Shown here in pieces: positions 6,914 to 14,742 of a DNA stretch of 14,865 nucleotides. The stretch lies in IMG/VR virus record IMGVR_UViG_3300022073_000076, one strand, 5' to 3'. The notes under the pieces were generated by a model. The model did not search any database, had not been told where the DNA came from, and saw only the letters and a list, made by a program, of their open reading frames with translations. This DNA comes from a virus (Duplodnaviria; Heunggongvirae; Uroviricota; Caudoviricetes). How positions within the stretch are numbered: the stretch's first letter is position 1; each line of letters opens with the position of its first letter. The position numbers and the translations under genes are program-made.

Positions 6914-7192
6914 ATGGCACGCAACGCAAAATATTACAATTCTGATAATTCGCCCGTTCTTGCCTGCACGCACGGGCGGTATTCTCACGCATTCAAGTCT
7001 GAATGGTTCCAGCACCCTCCATGCACTGCAGAACAGGCCGAATGGCTGATTCATTCTTACCGCAGGCGCGGGTTCGAGGTTAAGAAAGCTCTCAGTCTCG
7101 ACTATCGGCACTGGATAATCTCTGTCAGGCTGCCTTATTCCGAACGCCCACCACGTGCGTCCCGCACTTTCCAGCAACGGATCTGGAGGTAA
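6914..7192 (+). CDS. Hypothetical 92-aa Cys/His-containing ORF immediately upstream of and translationally coupled to ydfU; not a gene I recognise
   Basis: ORF 6914..7192 (+): MARNAKYYNSDNSPVLACTHGRYSHAFKSEWFQHPPCTAEQAEWLIHSYRRRGFEVKKA.. GGAG 7 nt upstream of the ATG. Its TAA stop (7190-7192) sits inside the GGAGGTAACGTG ribosome-binding site/start of ydfU. The C-terminal third is Arg/Pro-rich and less protein-like. Confidence 0.35.
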   Translation: MARNAKYYNSDNSPVLACTHGRYSHAFKSEWFQHPPCTAEQAEWLIHSYRRRGFEVKKALSLDYRHWIISVRLPYSERPPRASRTFQQRIWR

Positions 7193-7193
7193 C

Positions 7194-8243
7194 GTGCGGG
7201 TATTACTTAGACCTGTTCTGGTGCCTGAGCTTGGGCTGGTGGTCCTTAAGCCGGGCCGTGAATCCATACAGATATTTCATAATCCTCGAGTGCTGGTGGA
7301 ACCGGAACCAAAAAGCATGCGTAATCTGCCATCCGGAGTCGTTCCTGCCGTTCGCCAGCCGCTGGCGGAAGACAAAACATTGCTGCCGTTTTTTAGTAAC
7401 GAACGGGTGATTCGTGCTGCTGGCGGCGTTGGCGCATTGTCCGACTGGCTATTACGTCATGTTACATCCTGCCAGTGGCCTAATGGCGATTACCATCACA
7501 CTGAAACAGTCATTCACCGTTATGGTACCGGCGCAATGGTGTTGTGCTGGCACTGCGACAACCAACTGCGTGACCAGACATCGGAATCACTGGAGCTGCT
7601 TGCTCAACAAAATCTGACAGCATGGGTGATTGACGTCATCCGTCACGCAATAAGCGGTACGCAGGAGCGGGAATTATCTTTGGCTGAATTATCCTGGTGG
7701 GCGGTCTGCAATCAGGTGGTGGATGCACTACCTGAGGCTGTATCGCGTCGTTCGCTGGGATTACCAGCGGAAAAAATCTGCTCGGTGTACCGCGAAAGCG
7801 ACATCGTACCGGGAGAGCAGACCGCCACCAGCATATTGAAACAACGCACAAAAAATCTTGCACCGTTGCCTTACGCCCACCAGCAACAAAAATCACCACA
7901 GGAAAAGACGGTGGTAAGCATCACCGTTGATCCAGAGTCTCCGGAATCTTTCATGAAGCTGCCTAAACGTCGCCGCTGGGTTAAGGAGAAATACACACGT
8001 TGGGTTAAGACACAGCCGTGTGCTTGCTGCGGTATGCCAGCCGACGATCCGCATCATCTGATTGGTCACGGGCAGGGCGGAATGGGAACAAAAGCACATG
8101 ATCTCTTTGTGTTGCCTTTGTGCAGAAAGCATCACAACGAGCTGCATACGGATACAGTGGCATTTGAAGATAAGTATGGCTCCCAACTGGAGCTGATATT
8201 TCGTTTTATCGATCGCGCGCTGGCAATTGGCGTACTGGCGTAA
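7194..8243 (+). CDS. ydfU: YdfU, 349-aa DUF968-family prophage protein with a C-terminal HNH/zinc-finger-like motif (nin-region analogue)
   Basis: ORF 7155..8243 (+). Preferred start is the GTG at 7194 (VRVLLRPVLV..), preceded by GGAGG at 7186-7190. C-terminal CACCG..HHLIGHGQGG..CRKHHNELH motif. Confidence 0.8.
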   Translation: MRVLLRPVLVPELGLVVLKPGRESIQIFHNPRVLVEPEPKSMRNLPSGVVPAVRQPLAEDKTLLPFFSNERVIRAAGGVGALSDWLLRHVTSCQWPNGDYHHTETVIHRYGTGAMVLCWHCDNQLRDQTSESLELLAQQNLTAWVIDVIRHAISGTQERELSLAELSWWAVCNQVVDALPEAVSRRSLGLPAEKICSVYRESDIVPGEQTATSILKQRTKNLAPLPYAHQQQKSPQEKTVVSITVDPESPESFMKLPKRRRWVKEKYTRWVKTQPCACCGMPADDPHHLIGHGQGGMGTKAHDLFVLPLCRKHHNELHTDTVAFEDKYGSQLELIFRFIDRALAIGVLA

Positions 8244-8256
8244 GTGGAGAACGAGC

Positions 8257-9009
8257 ATGAACCTTGAAGCCTTACCAAAATATTACTCCCCAAAATCTCC
8301 AAAATTGAGCGATGACGCTCCAGCGACAGGCACCGGTTGTTTAACAATTACGGATGTAATGGCAGCGCAGGGGATGGTGCAGTCGAAAGCACCACTTGGG
8401 TTGGCCTTATTTCTGGCAAAAGTTGGTGTTCAGGACCCTCAGTTTGCGATTGAAGGCCTGCTAAATTACGCGATGGCACTGGATAACCCGACATTGAACA
8501 AATTGAGTGAAGAAATCCGGTTACAGATTATTCCTTACCTCGTGAGTTTTGCCTTTGCTGATTACTCCAGGTCTGCGGCAAGTAAGGCTCGCTGTGAGCA
8601 TTGTTCAGGTACGGGATTTTATAATGTATTGCGCGAAGTGGTGAAACACTACAGACGCGGGGAATCTGTAATCAAGGAAGAATGGGTGAAGGAACTATGT
8701 CAGCATTGCCATGGTAAGGGCGAAGCCAGCACAGCGTGCAGAGGGTGTAAGGGTAAAGGGATTGTTCTGGATGAAAAAAGAACCCGGTTTCATGGCGTAC
8801 CGGTATATAAGATTTGTGGGCGTTGTAATGGAAACCGGTTTAGTCGTTTACCGACCACGCTGGCACGACGTCATGTCCAGAAGCTGGTACCAGACCTGAC
8901 CGATTATCAGTGGTATAAGGGGTATGCGGACGTCATTGGTAAACTGGTAACAAAGTGCTGGCAGGAAGAAGCATACGCGGAAGCGCAATTGAGGAAGGTG
9001 ACGAGATAA
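8257..9009 (+). CDS. quuQ: QuuQ, 250-aa Q-family late-gene antiterminator with Cys-rich zinc-binding motifs
   Basis: ORF 8227..9009 (+). Preferred start is the ATG at 8257 (MNLEALPKYYSPKS..), preceded by GGAGAACGAGC. Motifs CEHCSGTG, CQHCHGKG, CRGCKGKG and CGRCNG are typical of lambdoid Q proteins. Confidence 0.85.
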   Translation: MNLEALPKYYSPKSPKLSDDAPATGTGCLTITDVMAAQGMVQSKAPLGLALFLAKVGVQDPQFAIEGLLNYAMALDNPTLNKLSEEIRLQIIPYLVSFAFADYSRSAASKARCEHCSGTGFYNVLREVVKHYRRGESVIKEEWVKELCQHCHGKGEASTACRGCKGKGIVLDEKRTRFHGVPVYKICGRCNGNRFSRLPTTLARRHVQKLVPDLTDYQWYKGYADVIGKLVTKCWQEEAYAEAQLRKVTR

Positions 9010-9040
9010 ATGATTTTTGCTGAAGATGGCGACATGATGT

Positions 9041-9069
9041 TTGCATTTTTCAAAAAATATGGATAAAAT
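9041..9069 (+). promoter_or_regulatory. Putative late promoter (PR' analogue; likely site of Q-dependent antitermination) directly downstream of quuQ
   Basis: TTGCAT (9041-9046), 17-nt spacer, TAAAAT (9064-9069), a near-consensus sigma-70 promoter starting 32 nt after the quuQ stop. Confidence 0.55.
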
Positions 9070-9114
9070 TTTTTCAACGATGGGCTTTGTATACCCGACG
9101 TTAAGAAAAAGTAG

Positions 9115-9140
9115 AAAACCCGCTGATGAGCGGGTTTTGT
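9115..9140 (+). terminator. Intrinsic terminator (tR' analogue) ~45-65 nt downstream of the late promoter
   Basis: AAAACCCGC-TGATGA-GCGGGTTTTGTGCTTT: GC-rich hairpin plus a U-run. Confidence 0.65.
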
Positions 9141-9430
9141 GCTTTAAATGGGGCAATGGTAATGTTGAATCTCATCCCGGGACTCATGTCTGTTAACTTA
9201 TTATTTAGCTGGTGACTTGGTTATTTGCCTGATGTTTAAAATGTTTTCTTCCAGTACAATGTCCCTAAACACAATGAGTCTGCTTATTATATTATTAGCA
9301 GAGCTATTACGGCCAAAGTACAGCATAAGCTTTTAAAGCCAATCAACCAGTCATCAAGACAGACGGGGTTATTCATAAAAACTCTCCATGTGTGATCCGA
9401 TGGGGCCTGAAATTAAAGCTTTAATATAGC

Positions 9431-9643
9431 TCATGAAAGGTAAACATTGGCAGCTGAAGGGCCACGCAGACCATTTATCCGGCAAAATTCCACGCGTAAT
9501 CCGGTGGTAATTTCTTCTGCATCGCGGAGATTGAGCGCTGAAACATGAAGCTGGACATCGATACGACCATCGGATGGGGTGATAAGACCCTTGCCGCTTT
9601 TGCCGTCAAAGGTTTTGACAATTCCTGTCATTTTACGGGACAA
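9431..9643 (-). CDS. cspF: CspF, 70-aa cold-shock-domain protein (CspA-family paralogue)
   Basis: ORF 9431..9643 (-): [70 protein letters not shown]. Divergent from cspB. Confidence 0.9.
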
Positions 9644-9770
9644 AAAAATTCCTTAATACTGATAACTTGGCGCACTATACACACGTTCCTGAAGAAAGCT
9701 ATAGTTTTTTGATGGGGTTGAAGATGGCTGGATGTCTAAAATAAACATTGCTTCATATGTTCAACTATGC

Positions 9771-9800
9771 GTTAATGATTGCGTCGGTTTGAAGAACAGA
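9771..9800 (+). promoter_or_regulatory. Putative cspB promoter -10 element, transcription start and cold-box-like element at the 5' end of a ~160-nt 5' UTR
   Basis: GCGTTAATGATTGCGTCGGTTTGAAGAACAGAC resembles the cspA -10/start/cold-box arrangement as I recall it (GCTTAATGCACATCAACGGTTTGACGTACAGAC). It lies ~160 nt upstream of the cspB ATG. Confidence 0.4.
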
Positions 9801-9943
9801 CGATATACGAAGTAGTTTACTAAAGCAGTTCTCATTTCAGGTGTTATTCACTTATTCCTTCTTTGAGTCTCTCCAATTAAGTACGAAGTCGTTTCTGTTA
9901 TGCAAACCATTTATGCCGAAAGGCTCAAGTTAAGGAATGTAGA

Positions 9944-10159
9944 ATGTCAAATAAAATGACTGGTTTAGTAAAATGGTTTAACGCAGATAAAGGTTTTGGC
10001 TTTATTTCTCCTGTTGATGGTAGTAAAGATGTGTTTGTGCATTTTTCTGCGATTCAGAATGATAATTATCGAACCTTATTTGAAGGTCAAAAGGTTACCT
10101 TCTCTATAGAGAGTGGTGCTAAAGGTCCTGCAGCAGCAAATGTCATCATTACTGATTAA
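9944..10159 (+). CDS. cspB: CspB, 71-aa cold-shock protein
   Basis: ORF 9944..10159 (+): [74 protein letters not shown]1/RNP2 motifs KGFGFI and VFVHF. AAGGAATG-type Shine-Dalgarno. Confidence 0.95.
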   Translation: MSNKMTGLVKWFNADKGFGFISPVDGSKDVFVHFSAIQNDNYRTLFEGQKVTFSIESGAKGPAAANVIITD

Positions 10160-10440
10160 AATTCATCGCTCGTCTGTATACGATAACGAAGAAGGCTGAT
10201 GCCTGAGTAGAGATACGGACAGAGTAGTGAATATTGGATCTCTTTAATAAAAAGTAAGGAGGTCCAATACATGAAACAATGGCTAGCATATTTGGCAAAA
10301 TCTTAATCAGGAAAAGTATGCTAACCATTGTGGTGAAGTGCAGGTTTGCTGCATGAATAGTTTTACAGCAGAAGCTAACTGCTGGCATGGCAAAACAAAG
10401 TGCGTAAGTGGATGACTCCCACAAAAAGCACCACAATCTC

Positions 10441-10466
10441 AAACCCGCTCAGGCGGGTTTTTTATT
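10441..10466 (+). terminator. Intrinsic terminator ~280 nt downstream of cspB
   Basis: AAACCCGC-TCAG-GCGGGTTTTTTATT. On the opposite strand the A-run would not give a U-tail, so it acts mainly on plus-strand transcripts. Confidence 0.7.
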
Positions 10467-10522
10467 ATCTGCTTTAAATATATTATTAAAATATAAAAAA
10501 TACTTGTTACTAATAAAATCAA

Positions 10523-10693
10523 TCAGGCTACAGCTTTAAGATTTGTCTGGAATACTTTGTTGCAATGAGGGCAGATCAAAAGGGCACCTTTTTGTACTCT
10601 TGAAAAACTGTGTTCTGACTCTTGGGTGCAGTTTGGGCAGGAACATTTAACGAGATAATTACGGCGTGATTTTGAGTTTTTACGTTCTGACAT
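10523..10693 (-). CDS. ynfU: 56-aa small zinc-ribbon protein (two CxxC pairs), probably YnfU
   Basis: Internal start of ORF 10523..10744 (-): MSERKNSKSRRNYLVKCSCPNCTQESEHSFSRVQKGALLICPHCNKVFQTNLKAVA. AGGAAA 6 nt upstream of the ATG at 10691-10693. The name is from memory and is uncertain. Confidence 0.6.
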   Translation of the reverse strand: MSERKNSKSRRNYLVKCSCPNCTQESEHSFSRVQKGALLICPHCNKVFQTNLKAVA

Positions 10694-10912
10694 AGGCTTT
10701 TCCTGTATAAATGGCCGTATACAGTACACTAAATATGAAAACATTTCTCGTATTATTATTTTATATATGACTTTCTTTCAAAATAATTACCCACATTTTT
10801 AATGTGTATGTTTTTTTAGCGCCGTTGAGAACAACGTGTGCTGTCAAAACTACCCCGTAGACTCCGATCTTTTCAAACATATTGCACCATCCGTGTACAT
10901 CGGGGTGAGGAT

Positions 10913-11128
10913 ATGAAATCAATGGATAAGTTAACAACAGGTGTTGCCTATGGCACATCGGCGGGTAATGCTGGTTTCTGGGCATTGCAGTTACTCGATA
11001 AAGTAACTCCGTCACAGTGGGCTGCAATCGGTGTGCTGGGTAGCCTGGTATTTGGCCTGCTGACGTACCTGACAAACCTTTATTTCAAGATTAAAGAAGA
11101 CAGGCGTAAGGCTGCGAGAGGAGAGTAA
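10913..11128 (+). CDS. essQ: EssQ, 71-aa class II holin (phage-21 S / pinholin-like) with dual start codons
   Basis: Internal start of ORF 10838..11128 (+): [76 protein letters not shown] upstream. Met1 and Met4 form the holin/antiholin dual-start motif; two transmembrane segments and a charged C-terminus. Confidence 0.85.
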   Translation: MKSMDKLTTGVAYGTSAGNAGFWALQLLDKVTPSQWAAIGVLGSLVFGLLTYLTNLYFKIKEDRRKAARGE

Positions 11129-11132
11129 TCCA

Positions 11133-11440
11133 ATGACTCAAGACTATGAACTGGTTGTGAAAGGAGTCCGTAATTTTGAGAATAAAGTTACGGTAACTGT
11201 AGCCTTACAGGACAAAGAACGCTTTGACGGTGAAATTTTTGACCTGGATGTCGCCATGGACCGTGTTGAAGGAGCTGCGCTGGAGTTTTATGAGGCAGCA
11301 GCCAGAAGGAGCGTCCGGCAAGTCTTCCTGGAAGTAGCAGAAAAATTGTCAGAAAAAGTTGAGTCTTATCTGCAGCATCAGTACTCCTTTAAGATTGAAA
11401 ATCCTGCCAATAAGCACGAGCGTCCTCATCATAAATATCT

Positions 11441-11444
<4 letters not shown>
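11133..11444 (+). CDS. ydfR: YdfR, 103-aa prophage protein (DUF1327-like) between holin and endolysin
   Basis: ORF 11133..11444 (+): MTQDYELVVKGVRNFENKVTVTVALQDKERFDGEIFDLDVAMDRVEGAALEFYEAAARRSVRQVFLEVAEKLSEKVESYLQHQYSFKIENPANKHERPHHKYL. GAGGAGAG Shine-Dalgarno. Its stop overlaps the rrrQ start (ATGA). Confidence 0.8.
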
Positions 11445-12468
<1,024 letters not shown>

Positions 12469-12673
12469 GGTAATATTAAATCGGAACATTTACATCGCGG
12501 AATGTAAAATTTAAATAAAAAGGACTCTTCCATGAGCCAAAATTCCTGAAATCTTAAGGGTAAGATAAAAGGTCTTAATCAGAATGACACGTTTTATTAA
12601 TAAATAAAGCTATTCTTTCATTGCTGTGTTTTTCTTTACAAAAGTAATCCTTGCTATGGGTGGTTAATCATGC

Positions 12674-12700
12674 GTTAATGGTGTTCTGGTTTGTTACAAA
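12674..12700 (+). promoter_or_regulatory. Putative cspI promoter -10/start region, paralogous to the cspB promoter motif
   Basis: CATGCGTTAATGGTGTTCTGGTTTG (12669-12693) shares ATGCGTTAATG..GGTTTG with the cspB upstream region (9768-9789). It lies ~140 nt upstream of the cspI ATG, consistent with a long 5' UTR. Confidence 0.35.
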
Positions 12701-12830
12701 TTTATCTGAAGCAGTCATTGTTATAATTTTATTATTTGTACCTCTTGAGATTTCCTTGTTGGTTTTTCTCTCTGATATTTTTTTTCGGACCATTCTGCCC
12801 AAGGGCTAATTTCTTCAAAAGGTAATAATT

Positions 12831-13043
12831 ATGTCTAACAAAATGACTGGTTTAGTGAAATGGTTTAACCCTGAAAAAGGTTTTGGTTTCATCACGCCGA
12901 AAGATGGCAGCAAAGATGTGTTTGTCCATTTCTCAGCAATTCAGAGCAACGATTTCAAAACATTAACTGAGAATCAGGAAGTTGAATTTGGTATTGAGAA
13001 CGGACCTAAAGGTCCTGCCGCTGTTCATGTAGTGGCGCTTTGA
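12831..13043 (+). CDS. cspI: CspI, 70-aa cold-shock protein
   Basis: ORF 12831..13043 (+): [70 protein letters not shown]. Confidence 0.95.
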   Translation: MSNKMTGLVKWFNPEKGFGFITPKDGSKDVFVHFSAIQSNDFKTLTENQEVEFGIENGPKGPAAVHVVAL

Positions 13044-13131
13044 GGTAGACAATATTACAAACCATATTCACTTTAGATGCCCGTGTTGTCATGGTTCCCA
13101 GTATAGAACATCATCTTTTGATGTTTCTGAC

Positions 13132-13242
13132 ATGAATCCTTTCGGGGCAAAATGTATCTTTTGTAAATCAATGATGATTACATTTGATAATATTTCACAA
13201 TACTTAAATGCCAGCCGTCTGTCGTTGGATTTAAAAAAGTGA
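13132..13242 (+). CDS. Small zinc-ribbon-like ORF downstream of cspI (possibly the ynfN locus); start uncertain
   Basis: The open frame from 13033 to the TGA at 13240-13242 encodes ..HIHFRCPCCHGSQYRTSSFDVSDMNPFGAKCIFCKSMMITFDNISQYLNASRLSLDLKK. The only in-frame ATG is at 13132 (36 aa, losing the first CxxC). No ATG/GTG/TTG precedes the first CPCC pair. Confidence 0.35.
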   Translation: MNPFGAKCIFCKSMMITFDNISQYLNASRLSLDLKK

Positions 13243-13247
13243 AAATG

Positions 13248-13270
13248 AAGGCTCCTTCGGGAGCTTTTTT
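13248..13270 (+). terminator. Putative intrinsic terminator after the cspI / zinc-ribbon ORF
   Basis: AAGGCTCC-TTCG-GGAGCTTTTTT hairpin with TTCG loop and U-run. Confidence 0.55.
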
Positions 13271-13352
13271 GCTTGGTGTCTATTCGATGGATACTCACAT
13301 ACTACGGTAACATCATGAAAAAAATCATAGTTTTTTTAACTCTGAACCAGCA

Positions 13353-13544
13353 GTGGTAGTGCCAGCGATGACTGGAGTTAACACCATCATGCGTGAATAT
13401 CCAAATGGCGAAAAAACACACCTTACTGTAATGGCCGCAGGGTTTCCATCTCTGACCGGAGATCATAAAGTCATTTATGTAGCCGCGGATCGACATGTTA
13501 CTTCAGAAGAAATTCTGGAAGCAGCAATAAGGCTCTTGAGTTGA
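13353..13544 (+). CDS. 63-aa small ORF (possibly YnfQ, a cold-shock-associated small protein); precise start uncertain
   Basis: ORF 13353..13544 (+): MVVPAMTGVNTIMREYPNGEKTHLTVMAAGFPSLTGDHKVIYVAADRHVTSEEILEAAIRLLS. Candidate starts: GTG 13353, GTG 13359, ATG 13368, ATG 13389. Preceded by a 14-codon upstream ORF whose stop overlaps GTG 13359. Protein-like composition. Confidence 0.45.
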   Translation: MVVPAMTGVNTIMREYPNGEKTHLTVMAAGFPSLTGDHKVIYVAADRHVTSEEILEAAIRLLS

Positions 13545-13715
13545 TTTGATGCTATTGCATTGATAATTCAGGAAAATTCTCTTTGTCTGTTTGTGTAAAA
13601 TTTAGACTATCGTATGTTGATTATTGCGATGTTTCATCTTATCTTTTACACGTTTGCACCATATAATCGACTTACTGTGTAACTGGAAAGTCATAACAGA
13701 CTAAAAGAGGAAATG

Positions 13716-13889
13716 ATGAATATTGAAAACTTAAAAACAAAAGCAGAAGCAGATATTTCTGAATATATAACAAAAAAAATTATTGAACTTAAGAAAAAGA
13801 CCGGGAAAGAAGTTACCAGTATTCAGTTTACCGCACGGGAAAAAATGACGGGTCTTGAAAGCTATGATGTCAAGATTAATTTAATCTGA
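13716..13889 (+). CDS. gnsB: GnsB, 57-aa GnsA/GnsB-family small protein
   Basis: Hand translation from the ATG at 13716: MNIENLKTKAEADISEYITKKIIELKKKTGKEVTSIQFTAREKMTGLESYDVKINLI, stop TGA at 13887-13889. AAGAGG Shine-Dalgarno at 13705-13710. Closely resembles GnsA/GnsB as I recall them. Confidence 0.9.
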   Translation: MNIENLKTKAEADISEYITKKIIELKKKTGKEVTSIQFTAREKMTGLESYDVKINLI

Positions 13890-13916
13890 TGTATTCAATA
13901 ATAAAATTTATCCATA

Positions 13917-13942
13917 AACCTCGTTTTTACGGGGTTTTGTTA
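13917..13942 (+). terminator. Intrinsic terminator after gnsB
   Basis: CCTCGT-TTTT-ACGGGG hairpin followed by TTTTGTT. Confidence 0.6.
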
Positions 13943-14040
13943 TATTTGAATGGTTCCGAATATCTAAATCACAATTGTTGATGGTTTTTATTAAACCAAT
14001 GCAGTCCGGCTCAGGAGTGAGAGAAGCCGGACGTTATGGT

Positions 14041-14451
14041 TTAGCGTGGTAAGATCTGTGTAGTTTTCTGGATGCTTTCAGTAAATAGTAATGAATTATC
14101 AAAGGTATAGTAATATCTTTTTTGTTCGTGGATATTTGTAACCCACCGAAAAACTCCTGCTTTAGCAAGGTTTCTTCTGTATTCCTGAAATGTGATCTCT
14201 CTGGATTTCAGCTTATTAGAGGTCGTTTCTATAAGATGCCTATCCTTTGAAAATTTGACAGACACAATGTTTTTTAGGCCCTTTAATAACACTGTATTAT
14301 CATTTTTTAATACAATATGAACATTCTCTGTGGCTAAATAGTAAATGTAATGTGAGACATTGTGACGTTTTAGCTCAGAATAAAACCATTGATAGTTTAA
14401 ATCGTTTCGAACTTTATCAAATATTTGTTTAAAAATGACTACCTGATCCAT
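14041..14451 (-). CDS. ydfO: YdfO, 136-aa DUF1398-family prophage protein
   Basis: ORF 14041..14466 (-). Preferred start is the internal ATG at 14451 ([52 protein letters not shown]..), preceded by GGAAGG. The upstream ATG at 14466 lacks a Shine-Dalgarno. Confidence 0.8.
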
Positions 14452-14508
14452 AGATAAACCTTCCATGTGATATGAGGGGGCGTAGTCTGCACGATTATCT
14501 AAATTGCT

Positions 14509-14742
14509 TCAATCTGGTCTGACCTGTTTTCTGAGCAATTCAGTAATGTCACTCTTTTCTTTGTTTGCTTCAGAAGAAACTCTTTTTTCTGAGCACAGTC
14601 TCCGGCGGCAGGCTTCAATGACCCAGGCTGAGAAATTCCCGGACCCTTTTTGCTCAAGAGCGATGTTAATTTGTTCAATCATTTGGTTAGGAAAGCGGAT
14701 GTTGCGGGTTGTTGTTCTGCGGGTTCTGTTCTTAGTTGACAT
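14509..14742 (-). CDS. ynfO: YnfO, 77-aa small protein with a ribbon-helix-helix (Arc/MetJ/CopG-like) DNA-binding signature
   Basis: ORF 14509..14742 (-): MSTKNRTRRTTTRNIRFPNQMIEQINIALEQKGSGNFSAWVIEACRRRLCSEKRVSSEANKEKSDITELLRKQVRPD. Basic N-terminus, then a beta-strand-like RNIRFP, helix, Gly turn, helix pattern. Lies 57 nt upstream of ydfO on the same strand. Confidence 0.7.
   Translation of the reverse strand: MSTKNRTRRTTTRNIRFPNQMIEQINIALEQKGSGNFSAWVIEACRRRLCSEKRVSSEANKEKSDITELLRKQVRPD

Noticed and set aside
6854-7267. Minus-strand ORF of 137 aa overlapping the 92-codon ORF and the ydfU start
   Set aside because: Pro/Arg/Ser-rich antisense translation with no ribosome-binding site; the plus-strand genes explain the region.
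7414-8347. Several ORFs of 60-120 aa on both strands inside ydfU and the quuQ 5' end (7414..7617 +, 7636..7899 -, 7893..8258 -, 8132..8347 -)
   Set aside because: All are nested in or antisense to long genes with strong signals; no independent start signals.
8848-9156. Minus-strand ORF of 102 aa spanning the quuQ 3' end and the late promoter/terminator
   Set aside because: Antisense to quuQ and to a regulatory region; composition not protein-like.
9380-9430. Palindrome ATTAAAGCTTTAAT downstream of cspF, considered as the cspF terminator
   Set aside because: Perfect palindrome but all-AT with no loop or U-tract in the minus-strand sense; not a credible intrinsic terminator.
10149-10442. Minus-strand ORF of 97 aa in the cspB 3' region
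   Set aside because: Cys/Phe-rich odd composition, no Shine-Dalgarno, and it runs against the cspB transcript and terminator.
12488-12509. Inverted repeat ATTTACAT-N6-ATGTAAAT after the rzpQ stop, considered as a terminator
   Set aside because: AT-rich stem with no clean U-run; too weak to call. It could equally be a protein-binding palindrome.
13089-13298. Minus-strand ORF of 69 aa opposite the zinc-ribbon frame and the cspI terminator
   Set aside because: No ribosome-binding site, composition not protein-like, and it overlaps a plus-strand terminator hairpin; the plus-strand zinc-ribbon frame is more plausible.
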